Assembly: GCF_009914755.1 (NCBI RefSeq)
Contig: NC_060930.1
From: the human T2T-CHM13v2.0 reference genome, Homo sapiens
Length of the DNA stretch: 64,000 nucleotides
Strand: one strand, 5' to 3'
How positions within the stretch are numbered: the first letter of the stretch is position 1; each line of letters begins with the position of its first letter. Of the stretch, positions 13,485 through 32,813 are shown piece by piece. The notes below the pieces were generated by a model, which made no database searches, was not told the DNA's origin, and worked only from the letters and a program-made list of their open reading frames with translations. A program made the translations under genes and the position numbers.

Positions 13485-14235
13485 TCTGTGTGTGCGAGTG
13501 CATGCGCATGTGGAGGGGCGTGAGCACATGTGTGCTTGTGTGAGAGTGTGTAAGTGTGTGAGCAAGCATGTGTGTGAGTGGGTGTGAGCACATGTGTGCA
13601 TGGGTGTGAGTGTGGGTGAGTGCATACATGGGAGCAAGCAGTTCTGTGTGCATGTGTGTGAGCATAAGTGCATGTGTGTGCACGTGTGACAGCATGGGTG
13701 TGTGTGAACATAGGTAATACGTGTGTGCATGTGTGTGAGCATGGGTGAGTGCATGTGTATAAGTGTGCATGAGCAAGCATGTGTGTGAGTGGGCATGAGC
13801 ATGTGTGTGCATGTGTGTTAGCATGGGTAAGTACGTGTGTGAGCAAGTGTGCAAGTGTGAGTGTGTTAGCAAGCATGTGTGTGGGCGTGAGCACGTGTGT
13901 GCACACCTTTGACCATGGGTGGATATGTGTGAGCATGGGTGAGTGCCTGTGTGTGTTTGGGTGTGAGAATGTGTGTGCATGTCTGTGAGTATGGTTGAAT
14001 GCATGTGTGTGAGCAAGGGCATAAATATGTGGTCGTGTGTGCACAGTGAGCATGTGTGAGTGTGTACGCATGTGTTTATGAATGTGTGAGCATTTTGAGC
14101 ACATGCCTGAACACATGTGTGTGCATGTGTATAAGCAAGTGCATGTACACTTTAACTGGAAATTTCAGGTGTTCAGGGTGTGGGTCTACACACACACACA
14201 CACACGCACACACACGCACACACACGGACACACCC
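13485..14235. repeat. Degenerate TG/CATG low-complexity tract followed by a (CA)n-rich tract
   Basis: TGTGTGAGCATG-type motifs at 13485-14145; CACACACA... at 14188-14235. Confidence 0.9.
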
Positions 14236-14476
14236 ACACTGCTCCCTCCTTCCGTCCCCCTGGCCTGGGGCTTCGCATCTGTCCCTCAGGCATCATCCCT
14301 GCTAATAGCCATGCAGCCCAACCAGAGCCAGGAGGAAGCTGCATTGGTGCCGCCACGTGGCCCTGCACAGCTGGCGAACAGCAGCTTCTCTCACTGTGGG
14401 GATGAGCTGGTCAGCCTGGAGCCAGTGTGGCCGCAGGCTTCCTACCCAGCCTCCCTGGGGTTGGGGAGGAAAAGCT

Positions 14477-14720
14477 GCCTCCGAGGCCTGGACTGTGCTG
14501 TGCTGATGTTTGACTGCACCTGCTGCCTGCAGGGAGCACAGAGGCTGTGGGTCCCTGCAGGAGTGGCACAGGGACAAAGGCCACAGCCTCCGAGGCCTGG
14601 ACTGTGCTGTGCTGATGTTTGGCTGCACCTGCTGCCTGCAGGGAGCACAGAGGCTGTGGGTCCCTGCAGAGCGCAGAGGCTGTGGGTCCCTGCAGGAGTG
14701 GCACAGGGATGAAGGCCACA
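14477..14720. repeat. 109-bp tandem duplication with a nested ~26-bp duplication
   Basis: GCCTCCGAGGCCTGGACTGTGCTGTGCTGATGTTTG at 14477 and 14586; CAGAGGCTGTGGGTCCCTGCAG occurs three times. Confidence 0.92.
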
Positions 14721-16068
14721 GGAGGCGCAGGCGGGTGGCACATTTTCACTGGGTGTATTTGGTGCCTGAGAAGTGTGCACCCCCCAGCACAGCCCCGCTA
14801 ACCAGGATGGCTGGCACCTGACACTCTCATCAGGAAAGCAGAGCCTGGTGAAGACGATGCCCCAGGCTGTGACCACTCAGCAGAAAAGTCAGAAACCCTG
14901 GCCTAGCAGCTCCTGGATGCAGGCTGCTCTGTGATCAATGAGATTTCAACCAAAAATGAGTCGCCGCTTATTTATTTTGCATTTGTGTGGGCCTGTTCTC
15001 TGCTAATAAGAAAAGTTGGCAGAAAAGCCCACTTCCTGGGGCAGGCAGCTATTCTAGGAGAGTGTGGGAATGGGAGATGGGTTCGAGGTAACCCCCACCA
15101 TATGGCTTTCCTCGAGCCCCTCTCCCGAGTCCCCTCTGAGGGCCCTGAGACCAGCATTCCTGACCTGCATACCTCAGGTGGCAACAAAGGTCTCTGCTCC
15201 ACAAAGGGAGACCTCCACAGACCACCCCTTCTCCAGCTTCACCCGGCGGCCTCCCTTTCTCATGTCCCAAGAGGAGTGGGGATCGGGTTTGGCTTTCTGT
15301 GGGGCATACGGTTTCCAAGTGGATGTTTAATTCACACGCCAGTCCCTGGTGGCAGATTTGGTTTTCCACTTCTGTAACAGGAGCTGGGCTGTCACTGCTG
15401 TTGGAATCAAACAGACCACTTCTTCCAGAAGAATCCTAGGCCGCACTGAAAACAAAGCAAAATAAACTCATCATCCAACAACCACCCCCATGTGGCATAT
15501 CATCCTCCATTTGGATTTCCTTCGGCTTTGTTTGTGGCAAGAATGTGGAAACATTGAAATCCAGTATCTCCCCTGGAGACAGGGGATTTTGTTAACATTT
15601 GGGGGAAAGTCAAGACTGAGACTGGGGCAGCCCCAGCGTCCAGACCGCACAGCCCCCGGGTTCCAGCGTGAGGATGGCCAGCTCCTGGAGCTCCATCCCT
15701 TCTGCGCCTGGGCCCCAAACGGTTGTGCCAGCACCAGACAGGGGCTCACTCCTTTGGCGCCAGGTCGTTTGGACCACAGATGGGAGAAAGGGCCCTTAAT
15801 GGTCCTGCAGGAGCGGTATAGGACTGTCCACAAAGAAGAGGGCACCTGGATGCTGTGGCGGGGCCATGTCAAGATGCCTCTGTGAGTGCCATGCCTGGAC
15901 GCCATGGGAACCGACCGAGGGTCCAGCAATCACAGGAGTCGTTTCCTCATCAGAAGGATTTGCAGCTGTTCCTGTGCTGGCATTTAAGAGCTGATTCACG
16001 CACACTGACCATCAGCCCTGCTGAAAAGGGGGTCACAGCTGCTTGTGAGAAAATAAGAAAACCAGCCA

Positions 16069-16236
16069 GGACCCAAACCTGAGCATCTGACCTCCGCCAT
16101 GTCAGGACCCGAACCTGAGTATCTGACCCCCGCCCCCTCAGGTCCCGAACCTGAGCATCTGACCACTGCCCCCGGGGACCCAAACCTGAGCATCTGACCA
16201 CTGCCCCCCTCAGGTCCCGAACCTGAGCATCTGACC
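16069..16236. repeat. ~36-bp minisatellite, ~5 copies
   Basis: Core GG(A/T)CCC(A/G)AACCTGAG(C/T)ATCTGACC repeated five times. Confidence 0.92.
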
Positions 16237-16549
16237 GATGCTGCATCAGGGTTGCAGGAGGGAGAGCAAGATTGCCCTTGAGGCCCTTCCGCCCTCACTT
16301 GCATGCACTCACCCACATTCGTGACTCTCCACTCTCAGCGGCTGTCAGGAGAGCACAAGCGAGTGCTTTGCAGACCAGGAGTATGGCCTGTGCCATGCCC
16401 AGCACCCACCAGGCCCAGGGGCTGCCCCTGCCAATGCCTGGCTACAGCTCATAGTGATCCCCATTCTACCCAGAGGCTCAGGGCTGAAAAAAGTGGCTCG
16501 GTTGGAATGTTCTTGCCCTCATCACACCTCAGAAGCTGAATTCTCGGAT

Positions 16550-16770
16550 GAGGGACACGGACTCTGGAACCAGACCACTGGGCTCGAATCCCAGCTCTGC
16601 CACACACAAGCTGTTGGCCAGAGACAAGTTCTGAGCCTCCTCCTGCCCTGCTTTACTCCCTGTGAAATGGAGCTGTTAAGGGTGCCCCCCTCACAGCATG
16701 GTGGAGATTCCAGCGTCAGTCAGCATTTGCAGAGCCCTTGGGCAGCATCTGGAGCCCGGCAAGCGCACAC
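16550..16770 (+). mobile_element. MIR SINE
   Basis: GGACTCTGGAACCAGAC..CTGGGCTCGAATCCCAGCTCTGCCAC..CTGTGAAATGG. Confidence 0.8.
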
Positions 16771-17687
16771 AGGAACCTGATGGGCAGGCAGGACAGAGGG
16801 AGCCTCATGAGCACTGCACAGGCACCTGCATACAATTGGTAGCTAGAGGGGAATGCTTCTACCCACAACAGCCTGACGGCGTGAGAGGCATCTCCACCCC
16901 TGTGAAACAGGCTACAGGAGGACAGCTGGGCCGTGGGGGTCCCGATCACACGCTTTGGGGCAATTTTAAGCACCTGGCATCCCTGGCTGACCCGTTCCGA
17001 GGGGCAGCCCGTGTTGTGGGTCCCTCCGGCTTTCTTGGCAGAGCCCTGCAGCAGAGGGAGGCTGAGTGTCCAAAGCCCTAAAGCCACAACCAGCCCAAGC
17101 AGACATCTGGAGTGGTGCTTGGTGAGCAGTGGCACGCCGTGCCCCAGGCCTTCGGCTCAGGCCTGCAGAGCTCCAGAGCTCCGGAACGAGAGAGCCAGGA
17201 CACAAGCGTGCAGCCCGCGATCGCCCAGGATGGCCGGTGGCCCTGGCTGCAAGCCTCACCTTTCCCTTGGCCCACTGTAACCAGGCACAGCCCAGGCTGT
17301 TCCCCTCCCTTTCGAAGGGAGCCGGTCGTCAATACATCAGTTTGTAATCACATGAACAGGAAGGTTTCTGGAAGTGAAGCCACCAACAGGCCAGGGGTCC
17401 TGGCATTGCCTCGACTGGCTGCCTGGGGGTTTCCTGCAGCCAATGGAAACTGATCTTCCTGCGGAGGAAACAGCCAGCCCAGCCAGAGGCAGGAGGAGGC
17501 TCGGTCCAGGTGCCCTGGGGGGTCTCTTCTTCCCTTGAAAGGACAAGGGCTCGGGGAGGAAACACACAGGTGCATTCCCCAGCCCCCGGGATTCCCCGTG
17601 GTGGTTTCCTTCACCACTGTCAGCGCTGGAAACACAGAAATTGACACAGTCCCATTGAAGTGGGTCAAGTGTGTTGTCGAACGTAGT

Positions 17688-17762
17688 GCACACGTACAAC
17701 GGCAGGTCTGTCGCACACGGACGACGGCAGGTCTGTCGCACACGTACGACGGCAGGTCTGTC
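17688..17762. repeat. 25-bp CpG-rich tandem repeat, 3 copies
   Basis: GCACACG(T/G)AC(A/G)ACGGCAGGTCTGTC at 17688, 17713, 17738. Confidence 0.95.
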
Positions 17763-19984
17763 GGCACCTGAGGTGGCCGGCCCAAGGTAAAGGCTCATCA
17801 TGAAGCCATCAGTAACCACATCTTTTTTCTTTCATTCAATCAGAGCAAAGTGTACATCTTCAATGCATGACCTGGCGAGATTTAATAAGACACAGCAGAA
17901 ACTGTGGAAAGAAAGAGGTTAATTCCAATCAAGGAAATCTGATTTGGCTTGAATTAGGCCGGCTGTTAATGGGGGTAAGGGCATTGCCAGCAGAGGGGAG
18001 ACGGTGAGGTTGATGATGGCATTACTCAGAGAGCAGGAGATGGTGGGAAAGGAGAGTGAAGGGTTCAGCTGCAGGAAGACATGAACGCCCCTCCACAGGT
18101 TTGAACTCTACCAGTGTTGAGGGCCATGAGAAGTTTCTAAATAGGGGATCTTGGGTGTGGATGTGCTTTAGGGGGTCAGTAGCTTCGAGAGTAGAATCGT
18201 TTGGGCAGGAGAGAGGTTACCATGAGGACAGCTCAAAACAGATTCCAACAATACCAAGCAGATGCCTGCGGGCTGCACCAGCAAAGGAAGAGACATTCGG
18301 GAGGGAAACCCTCTGCCAGGCTGGTGAAGGTGAAGATGGGGCACACTGTTGCAAACAAGTCCAAGTTTTCTGTTAAAGCAACACTATCACCTTAACCTTA
18401 TAAATGTCCTCAACCTGAACAAAATTACCCTTCTTGGCTGAAACTTGCAATGAATACTAATGACAAATTACAGTGCTTTTCCCTAATGCTAATGTCTACA
18501 CTATAGCTACACAGCTGTACTTATTTCAGCCCAAGCCTAACTCCGAGACTGAAAGAGGCAGCCTTTCCACCTCCAAGGCCCTACCTGGCCCTGGTGTGGA
18601 TCTTAGGGCTCTGGATGCTGCTTCCCCTGGTGGTGGCTGGCACCGTGAAGGGCCTGACCACCGCCAGCCGCGTCTGCCCCTCTCTGGAGATGTCATTCTA
18701 GACACAACCTCTCACCATCCAGCACTTTTATTTTCCTACCCACAATACAACAGCAAGCATTAACAATGTTCCTCTGATGTGTCCAGCACAAGGAGAGAAC
18801 CAGAGAGTGTATGTAGGACCTGGCTTCTGCCTTCAAACATCTTGCAACTTGTTCAGAGAGTCCAGAATGAAACAAACGAGGTGTACAAAAGGCAAGCGGT
18901 ATTCAGTCCCTGGCTTGTGTACAAGCTCACGGGAGGAGGAGGTTAACCCTCGGGAGAAGCTGTGCTGGGGAGGCTGCATGAAAGTCCTTCTTGGAAGCCA
19001 GAGACCAGGTTGGGGATCCAGACTGCGAAGTCACATGACTTGTGCCTGGCACGCCAAGAAAGACACGCAGCAGGAAGGGCCCCCGGGCAGGCTGGAGTCA
19101 TGGATAGAGGGTCCTGCATGCCAGGCTGAGGGTTGGGATCACTGGTTTGATGCCATGGCTTCCATGAGGCCACCTCTCAGGGGTCAGGCGGATCAGGGCA
19201 GGGTGGTCCCAGGAATGGGCAAACGCGGGGTCTCGGGGGATGCACTGAGAGGGCAGGAGCCCAGCTATGGAAAGACACCTCGAGTTTTCCTGCCAAAAGT
19301 GATTCAATTCACTTTCCCCAGCACTGACCTGACTCTCAGCCCACATGAAACCTGAAGAAACACTGCAAGGGAAGGCTCTGTCTGTGCACAAGCAGATAGT
19401 CCATCCTCCAGTTCAGTGGCTTCTTACGATGCATTCTTAACTGGTTTAACATTTGTTTTGCAACCTCATACACGAATCCAAGCCCCTCTTCCTATAACAG
19501 CCATCACCATCAATTAGGCACCAAGTAAGTCTCCGACCCTGTGCCTAGGGCTTTACGTAAGTGGTTTCTTTAATCTCACAACAATGTCAACAAGATCAGC
19601 CCTGCTAACACTGAGCCCTGCGGGTTGTCTCCTATGAGCCCAAAGGGTCAGGGCTTATCAACTGCACAGGCAAGAGGGGCCCAGACCAGCCAACCAGGAG
19701 GTGGGCTCTGTCCGCCTCTCCCTGTGGCCCCAGTGGAAGGCGGTTCATTCACAGACGTGGAGACTGAGGCATGGGTGAGCTGGATCAGTGACTGCGTGTG
19801 CACCAAGGAGGCGGCTGCCACCACGTAGCTCCATCCACCAGCCAGAGCCCAAGCCTCGCTGCAGCCTCACTGCCGTTTGCTTGCCGCCGCCTCTGCCCCG
19901 GAGCCCAGGCAGGGTGTGGATGTCAGTGCAGCCTCAGCACCACCCACTCCTGACCGTTTTGCCCACCTTCACCGTCTTTCCTGC

Positions 19985-20300
19985 TGGCTCCCCAGTGCCT
20001 TCAGAATAAAGACCCTTGAGACCGTGTCACGGCTCCTGCCTCCTCCCGCACCTCCAGCTTTGTCTCTTGCCTGAGGTCCAGCGTCCTCTGCTGGGCTCCA
20101 GGGCCTTTGCCCCAGGACCGGACCCAGGCCCGGATGCTCTCAGCCTGCCTCCTGGCCTCGTGTTTTCTCTCAGGGCATTCCACAGTTGTACTTTTGTGCA
20201 TTTTATGCAGTTATTGGATCAGCTTCTGCCTTTCCCAGTAGACTACACGCTGCATTACGGTGGAGACTACATATTTGATAAACTTCTGTAGAATGAATGG
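19985..20300 (+). mobile_element. LINE-2 remnant
   Basis: GGCTCCCCAGTGCCTTCAGAATAAA, CAGGGCCTTTGC, ends in GAATGAATG. Confidence 0.55.
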
Positions 20301-20665
20301 TCTGGAGCCCAGGAGATGGAGAGAACGTTGGCTCCCTTGGCAGGAATAGCAAAGTGGGCACAGGAATCCCCTCTGTAGAAGGGAGGAGACGATTTTGGTT
20401 TCCGACCAGTTGCGTCTGGGCGTGGGGCTGGCTCACGTGCTGAAGGTGCCCCTGAGCAGCAGAAGTCAGAGGAGGTGCGGGCTGCGGATGCGAGCCGGGG
20501 CCTTCACACAGAGCCTGAGCATGAGTTTCTGAGGGAGGTGAGACTCACAACACGAGACTCCCACAGGGGAAGAGCAGACCCCGGGACCGAGCCTGGGGAA
20601 CGCAGCAGAGCCAGCCCAGCGAGGCTGAGTGACCGGACCCAGGGAGGCAGAAGACAGACGGGCCC

Positions 20666-26812
<6,147 letters not shown>

Positions 26813-27485
26813 TAAAGATCCAACTATAGATTTGGCTTTAGAAAAGTAATTGCCAATCTTAGATGCAGAAGCCCAAGGCTTTGATGGCCAGAAGTGGCGG
26901 TGGGGGGTGGGGTTGTCGGAGGGGCTGGAGCCGCGCAGGAAAGCGCCTTTCCAGCAAGGGGCTGCTGCCGTCTGGTCACCTTTCCAGAACTCCGACTAAG
27001 AAAGTGAGGATAGAAATGGGACCGTAGACGGAGAGGATCCCAGAGGAAAGAGAAGTTTCAGTTAGAACGTTTTATTCAAACATGAAGGGGAAGTTCCACC
27101 CCAGTGAGCACTGGGAAGTGCGTTCTCAGACGGGGATGGTTAAGAAGCCACAGTGGTGTGCCCCAGAAACCAGTAGCGTGAGCCACAGCTGCCTAATCCG
27201 TGCACAATAACCTCGCTGCCCATTCGTCCACATTTTCCTTAGGTTTTCAGAGAAGTATAATTTTGTGAGAAAGTTGTTGCATTTGGACTTTTAGCCTGGG
27301 AACAAAAAGAAAGTCCAGTGGACTGTGTTAGCACGCTCGGGAACCCGCGGCAGGCGAGTGGCTGTCTGGCACACCAGGCATCGATCTCCGCAAAACGAAC
27401 TGGAAAATGCTCTTCCCCAGAAGCGCAGCACCTGAGCGTGTGACGTGCACATGTTTGTGTGGAAGGCCCGAGACGCCATCCAACC

Positions 27486-27835
27486 CCGTGGCTCTCAAAC
27501 CGGGTCTCCAGAACCACGGCCTCAGCAGCATCTGCAGCTCCCAGCGTTCCAGATTCTCAGACTCAGCCCTTACCCACGAGTCGGAAACGCTGAGGCTGGC
27601 TCTGGAAACCCGTGTTCTCCTGGGGTCTCCACCCTGACTCTGATGCACCTGAAATCTAAGAGCTGCTGCTCGAGTTTGACAGTTCTCACTCAGTCAGAAC
27701 CACCTGGGGACGCTGTTGAAATCCCACACTGGGATCCTGTTCCCAAGGACCCTGTGCATTTTGTCCTGGCTGTCAGCGAGTTTTAAAAGCTCCCCAGAGG
27801 CGTTTACTGTGCATCCAGGGATGGGGCCATCAGCA
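27486..27835. mobile_element. Two adjacent degraded MER5-like (hAT-Charlie) MITEs
   Basis: GTGGCTCTCAAAC..AGCAGCATC..CAGATTCTCAG..CTCTGATGCAC (27486-27668); CAGAACCACCTGGGG..TTTTAAAAGCTCCCCAG (27678-27835). Confidence 0.55.
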
Positions 27836-27982
27836 GGGTGGCTCCGTGGTGGAAGCAGACCTCGCAGTTCGAATGCACAGCTCCCATTATCTCATGTAAA
27901 GAGACAGGTTTTGTGTTTTTGAGCCTTTTGGAAGAGAAGCGACATGGAGATCTAAAAGAGTATGTGGTTTATGAAAGTTCAG

Positions 27983-28040
27983 TTAAAAAATGGTTAAGAT
28001 GGTAAATTGTATGTTATGTGTATTTTACCACAAGAAAAAA
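27983..28040 (+). mobile_element. L1M 3'-terminal fragment
   Basis: AAAATGGTTAAGATGGTAAATTGTATGTTATGTGTATTTTACCACAAGAAAAAA resembles L1MB/ME termini. Confidence 0.75.
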
Positions 28041-30811
28041 TAGAGGAAAATGTAGGATATTAAAAACAGTACTACCTGGAATTTGTATGCACACAAGTAA
28101 TTTAAAGTCCAAAATGACACAAACTCCCTGGGCCGCCTCTGAACCAATGTGCTCCTGAGCCCTCTTCGGCCTCCCTGGGTCACGTCTCTGCAGATTAGAA
28201 CCATGCTATGCTGAGCCCACCTTCCTGTTGCCATTTTGTGGGGAAGGAAAACGAGTTTAATCTCTTTTCCTGACCCCACCCTCCTTTTCCATAGTGAACA
28301 ACAACAGAAGTCATATAATGGAACTCAGAATTGATGGGGCCCACAGCATACCGAGGCTCATTAAGCAATAAAGATCGTGACTGAGAATATTGTTCACGAT
28401 TAATGACAGGCTGGGGCCGAAAACGCACAGCTGACGGCCAGGAAGCCCAGTTGGTGAGAACCCTGCCAAGCATCCCCCACAAGGCGGTCGGTGCCATTGT
28501 CAGCAGCAGAGGACGCAGACCTGGGCAGGGTCTCCTCCCTGAGAAGCCCGCCCTCCGCGCCCGCACCTCCCCTCTGTCTGCCGCGCCCCTTCCCCGCCGA
28601 GCCCATCTGCGGCTGCAGCCACATCCTGCATTCCATCCACTTAAAGCCTGTTGTGCAATCCCTTTGGACCGGTGGACACCTAATTAAAACAAATTAACGA
28701 TCTGAAGCAGAAACTGTGTTTAATGAAGCCTCGCTCAGGCTTGCGCGTAGTGCCAGGGCTGTTTGCCTACAAATATTTACCAGCCCTTGGTGCGGAAGAA
28801 GCACGGCCACCTGTCCCCAGCCTTCCTTCCACCCGCAGGCAGTGCCAAGCAGGGTTCCTCCCACCATCGCCACCACGACCCCTGGTCCCCATGCCCATGG
28901 AGCTGCAGGAGCAGCATCCACCTCCCTCTGGCCTGCTCTCCCTTGGGCCAGGGTCCTGCCAGGCCTCTGCTGGCCAACCCTTCTGATCCAGTCTGGGTCC
29001 AGCTTTGGCAACCTCAAGTTCACCCAGCAATTGGGTGGGGCTTCCTGTGGGTAGGGCCAACAGCCAGAAAGCCACCTAGGGTTAAAAGTAAAAAACTTGT
29101 GATTATTTTCCCGAAACAGAGATGAGACCCACCTTGAGGGTACTTGCTTCGAGAATTGCCTCAACTCTCATTTCAGGCCTGGTAAGATGGTGCGATTATT
29201 ATAACAAAGAAGAAATAATTTGTTTTAAAGACAAATGGAAGGAGAAAGAGGAGAGGGGAGAGGAACCTCAAAGAGAAGGCGAGAACTAAGGTAGAAAGGC
29301 GGCCCAGGACAGCAGGAAGTGGACCAGCCGAGGGAGGCAGGAGGATGCCCCAGAGCCCTGACCTCCATCCGTCTCGAGTTCTTGGCCTCATCTGCCTCCT
29401 TCCCAGCATCTCACCTGACAGTGACTCTGAGGAGCACCTCCAGCCGGGGGCCCCCAGATCCGCACACTGTTCCCACCACGAGACCCTGCACACCCGGCTG
29501 CCCAGGTGAGGGCTCAGCTGCTCTCAGCCCTCCACGCGGCACAGGACTCCGCAGCCGTGAGCGTGAGTAATTCCAATGTCAGCCCCACAAGGCAAGGCCC
29601 AGAGGGAGCTCAGGGTGAGCCCCCTTCCACAGACAGAGTCCCTGAGCCATGCAGGAAGCCAACAGTCTCTGCAGGATCACAGACAAGGTGTAGAGCAGGT
29701 GCAGAGCTCTGTCACTGCTCCCAACATGCCCAGGATGGGATGGGATGAAACGGCCTCTCCACCAGGTGCCCAGGGCAGGGCCTGAGTCCACAGGACTGTC
29801 AGGGCCCCACAGAAATGTTTTCATCCCTTTTAAAATAAGAAGGAAGAAAACAAACTGGGAGGTAGAAGAAAATGTTTGATTGTATACAAATGTATTCATG
29901 TTTTTCCGATGCGGTTGTAAAATGTCATTTTTAATCTTTCTTATGGAGGGCAGGCCCTGCAGCAGCAGCTCTAGGGGCCAGGCCTGTGTGTCGCTTCCAG
30001 GACACTTCCTGGGCCGGCAACGACAGCACCAGGCAGCCAGCAGGGAGGCCAGCAGCCTTCCTTATCAGCCGCAGCCTGTGGTCTGGGCCTCTCCTCTAGA
30101 GTTGCCCCTTCCCCTTAAAAGAGCGTCTGTGCTGACAGTAATGTCTGGGCTGGCCCCTGGCCCATACTCTAAAGAAGACAGCCCCACTGCTGCCGCACAC
30201 AGGCAGGCAGGTCGCTACCTGTCAGCTCAGGTCCCTGGAGACTCTGTGGCCCCACTGACCACCCCTGCCTCCTGGGCCCCGCTGGGGACAGGGCCGACAC
30301 ACGTCCATGCCTGCCTCTCCTTCCACACTGTCCCCGCTTCCCTCTGCCCTGCATTCCTGGTCCCTGCCTGCAGCCCCGAATTCCTGCAGTGTGCGAGGCA
30401 GCATGTGCATAACTCTGGAATTCACTTTCTCATCTGCCTGTCACAGCCTGAGCCCGTGAGCCCGCAGGGCTCAGCACAAGTCCCATCTGCTCACCGGGCA
30501 GACGCATGGCAGGCTGTGACTCAGGAGAGGGAAGTCCCTGGGCTACAGACTATTAATTGTAAACCCAGGAGGCCAGGTGACACCCTATTCTGAACATCAA
30601 ATAAGGGAAAATGAATGCATCGCATACTAGGCGGGCCAGCTCCCAGGTGCTCAGGCAGGACACTGCCATCCCTGGGGTTGGTTCTCCCTGTGCCTGGCAC
30701 TCTCCTCTCCAGGTGCACCAGAGCTGACTCTGCACTGCCAAGTGGGCTTGGGGAGCACTGCACCCCACAGGAATGCTACCTGCTGGGAAGGGCACAAGAA
30801 GACAGGAAGCC

Positions 30812-30896
30812 ATCAGCCACACAAAGGGACAGCCTCCAAAATCAACACGTTCGGAATCAGCCACGCAAAGGGACAGCCTCCAAGATCAATACGTTC
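30812..30896. repeat. 44-bp tandem duplication
   Basis: ATCAGCCAC(A/G)CAAAGGGACAGCCTCCAA at 30812 and 30856. Confidence 0.9.
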
Positions 30897-32524
30897 ACAA
30901 GAAACCAGCAGCCGAAAAGAAGACTTTACCTCGAGCCATTCCGGGAAGCACGAGTCACTCCCACTTCCAGGCACACACCAGCATTTACCTGGTTTGGAGC
31001 TGCCCAGCCCAGCCCAGCACTCTTGCCAAGGTACCAGAGCCTGGAGAAGGAGAAGAGGTGCCTGGCCCCACTGTGCTGTGGGACGGGCAGGGCTGACACA
31101 CATGTGCCACTGTGTTGCACAACCACAGCCTAGCGGGCTTCCTCTGCCTTCACCCAACCCGCTAAGGACATTGCTGAGGTCAAACAGGTCTTACATGCAG
31201 TTTTTTGGACTCCTGAACTGAATGGACTTCGTAAACATAGTTTACTTCTTAAATTTAGTCTTTTATCACGTTCTTCCAGATAGAGAACGGCTCCCTTAGG
31301 GACACCTAGATCATGTTTCTCCCAACCAGCCATTGTTTGCCGGAAAACCCAGCTCATGGCCACCACCTCCACAGCGCAGCATAATATCCATGTGAACCGG
31401 TTAGTGCTGTTAGCATTAGAAATGCCGGATTCTTAATGCTTAGAGCTGAAAGCGACCGTCCTCAGGGCCAGCGCTGTCACCTCACACGGGAAAAGCACGA
31501 CGCATCACGTGCTCTGAGGTCAGCCCTGCTGTCTGTGCAGCTCCACCTCCAGTCTCACCATCCCCACAGCCCTGCCCCAGTAAGTTCACTGGACGCTGGA
31601 TGCTAGATGCTGGCCTCGTCCGCTTGTAGCCTTCACCCCTGCCTTCCGAGTATTGTCAAGTGAGAGGCCCGCTCACGTCAGTGAATGCCCGGTACTGCAG
31701 GAGGAATCGTGATCTGAACAATCAGATTTGAATATCTTTCATAAGCCTTCTTTCTAAATCTCCAGCGAGCTCACACTTGCCTGATGGAATCTAACCGTCA
31801 TGCCCTCCCCGTCTTGGCACCCCAACAACTTTTGCAATATTATCATGACCTGGCAAGAATGTGCTGTTTGCAGATGCAGGCGACCGCGTGTTCTTTGTTG
31901 ACATGCCAAGCAAAGGAGGCTGGAAGAGGAGCCCTTCCAAGATGCCACCTGCAGTTCTCACTGCTCTCGTCACTACATTAAACATATTTGGCCGCTGTTA
32001 GTCAGTTCGGATAAAAATACAAGTAGATTTCAGCCGTGTTTGGTAATTCCTAAGAGAAGGTTCACTGAGTCCCACGAGGGGCACCAAGACACTTTATCCC
32101 CCAAGACGCCCACCAGGAAGACAGGTGCTCCATGTTCCGCTGGTTTCCACCTCACACTGTGAACGGTGGTTTGTGTTTTTCAACAACACCCAAGGCTTTT
32201 TTTCTTTTGCCTTATAAGGAGTACTTTCCCCACGTGGTCAGCAGTGTAGGGACTGGTGTCCTCGACTGCGGAATCTGCAGGGCCTGTGCCCACTGCTCTC
32301 TCCTGCCTGTGTGTGGGCCTGACCTGGGGCCCCCTGCTCTGGATATGCCCAGGACTTCCCCTTGGTGTAGCCCCGGAAGTCCTGTGTCCTGGAGCGAGGC
32401 CTCTGTGCCAGGCAGACCAGGGTGGTTGGTGGGGTCCTGTGCCGACCTCCTAAAATCACGCCCCCTTCCATTTGTCTTATAGCAAACAGATTTTGACAAC
32501 ACAAAGCTTTCTTTAGAAATTTAA

Positions 32525-32813
32525 GGTTGGGCACGGTGGCTCATGCCTGTATTCCCAGCACTTTGAGAGGCCAAGGTGGGCAGATCACCTGAGGTCGGGA
32601 GTTTGAGATCAGCCTGGCCCACATGGCAAAACCCCGTCTGTACTAAAAATACAAAATTAGCCAGGTGTGGTGGTGCGCACCTGTAGTTCCAGCTACTTGG
32701 GAGGCTGAGGCAGGAGAATCGCCTGTACCCGGGAGACCAAGTGAGCTGAGATCGAGCCACTGTAGTCCAGCCTGGGCAACAGAGCAAGACTCCACCTCAA
32801 AAAAAAAAAAAAA
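32525..32813 (+). mobile_element. AluS (Sx/Sz-like)
   Basis: GGTTGGGCACGGTGGCTCATGCC..GATCACCTGAGGTC..poly(A); small deletion in the right arm. Confidence 0.95.

Noticed and set aside
13466-14116. His/Thr-rich ORFs
   Set aside because: Translations of the TG/CA low-complexity tract.
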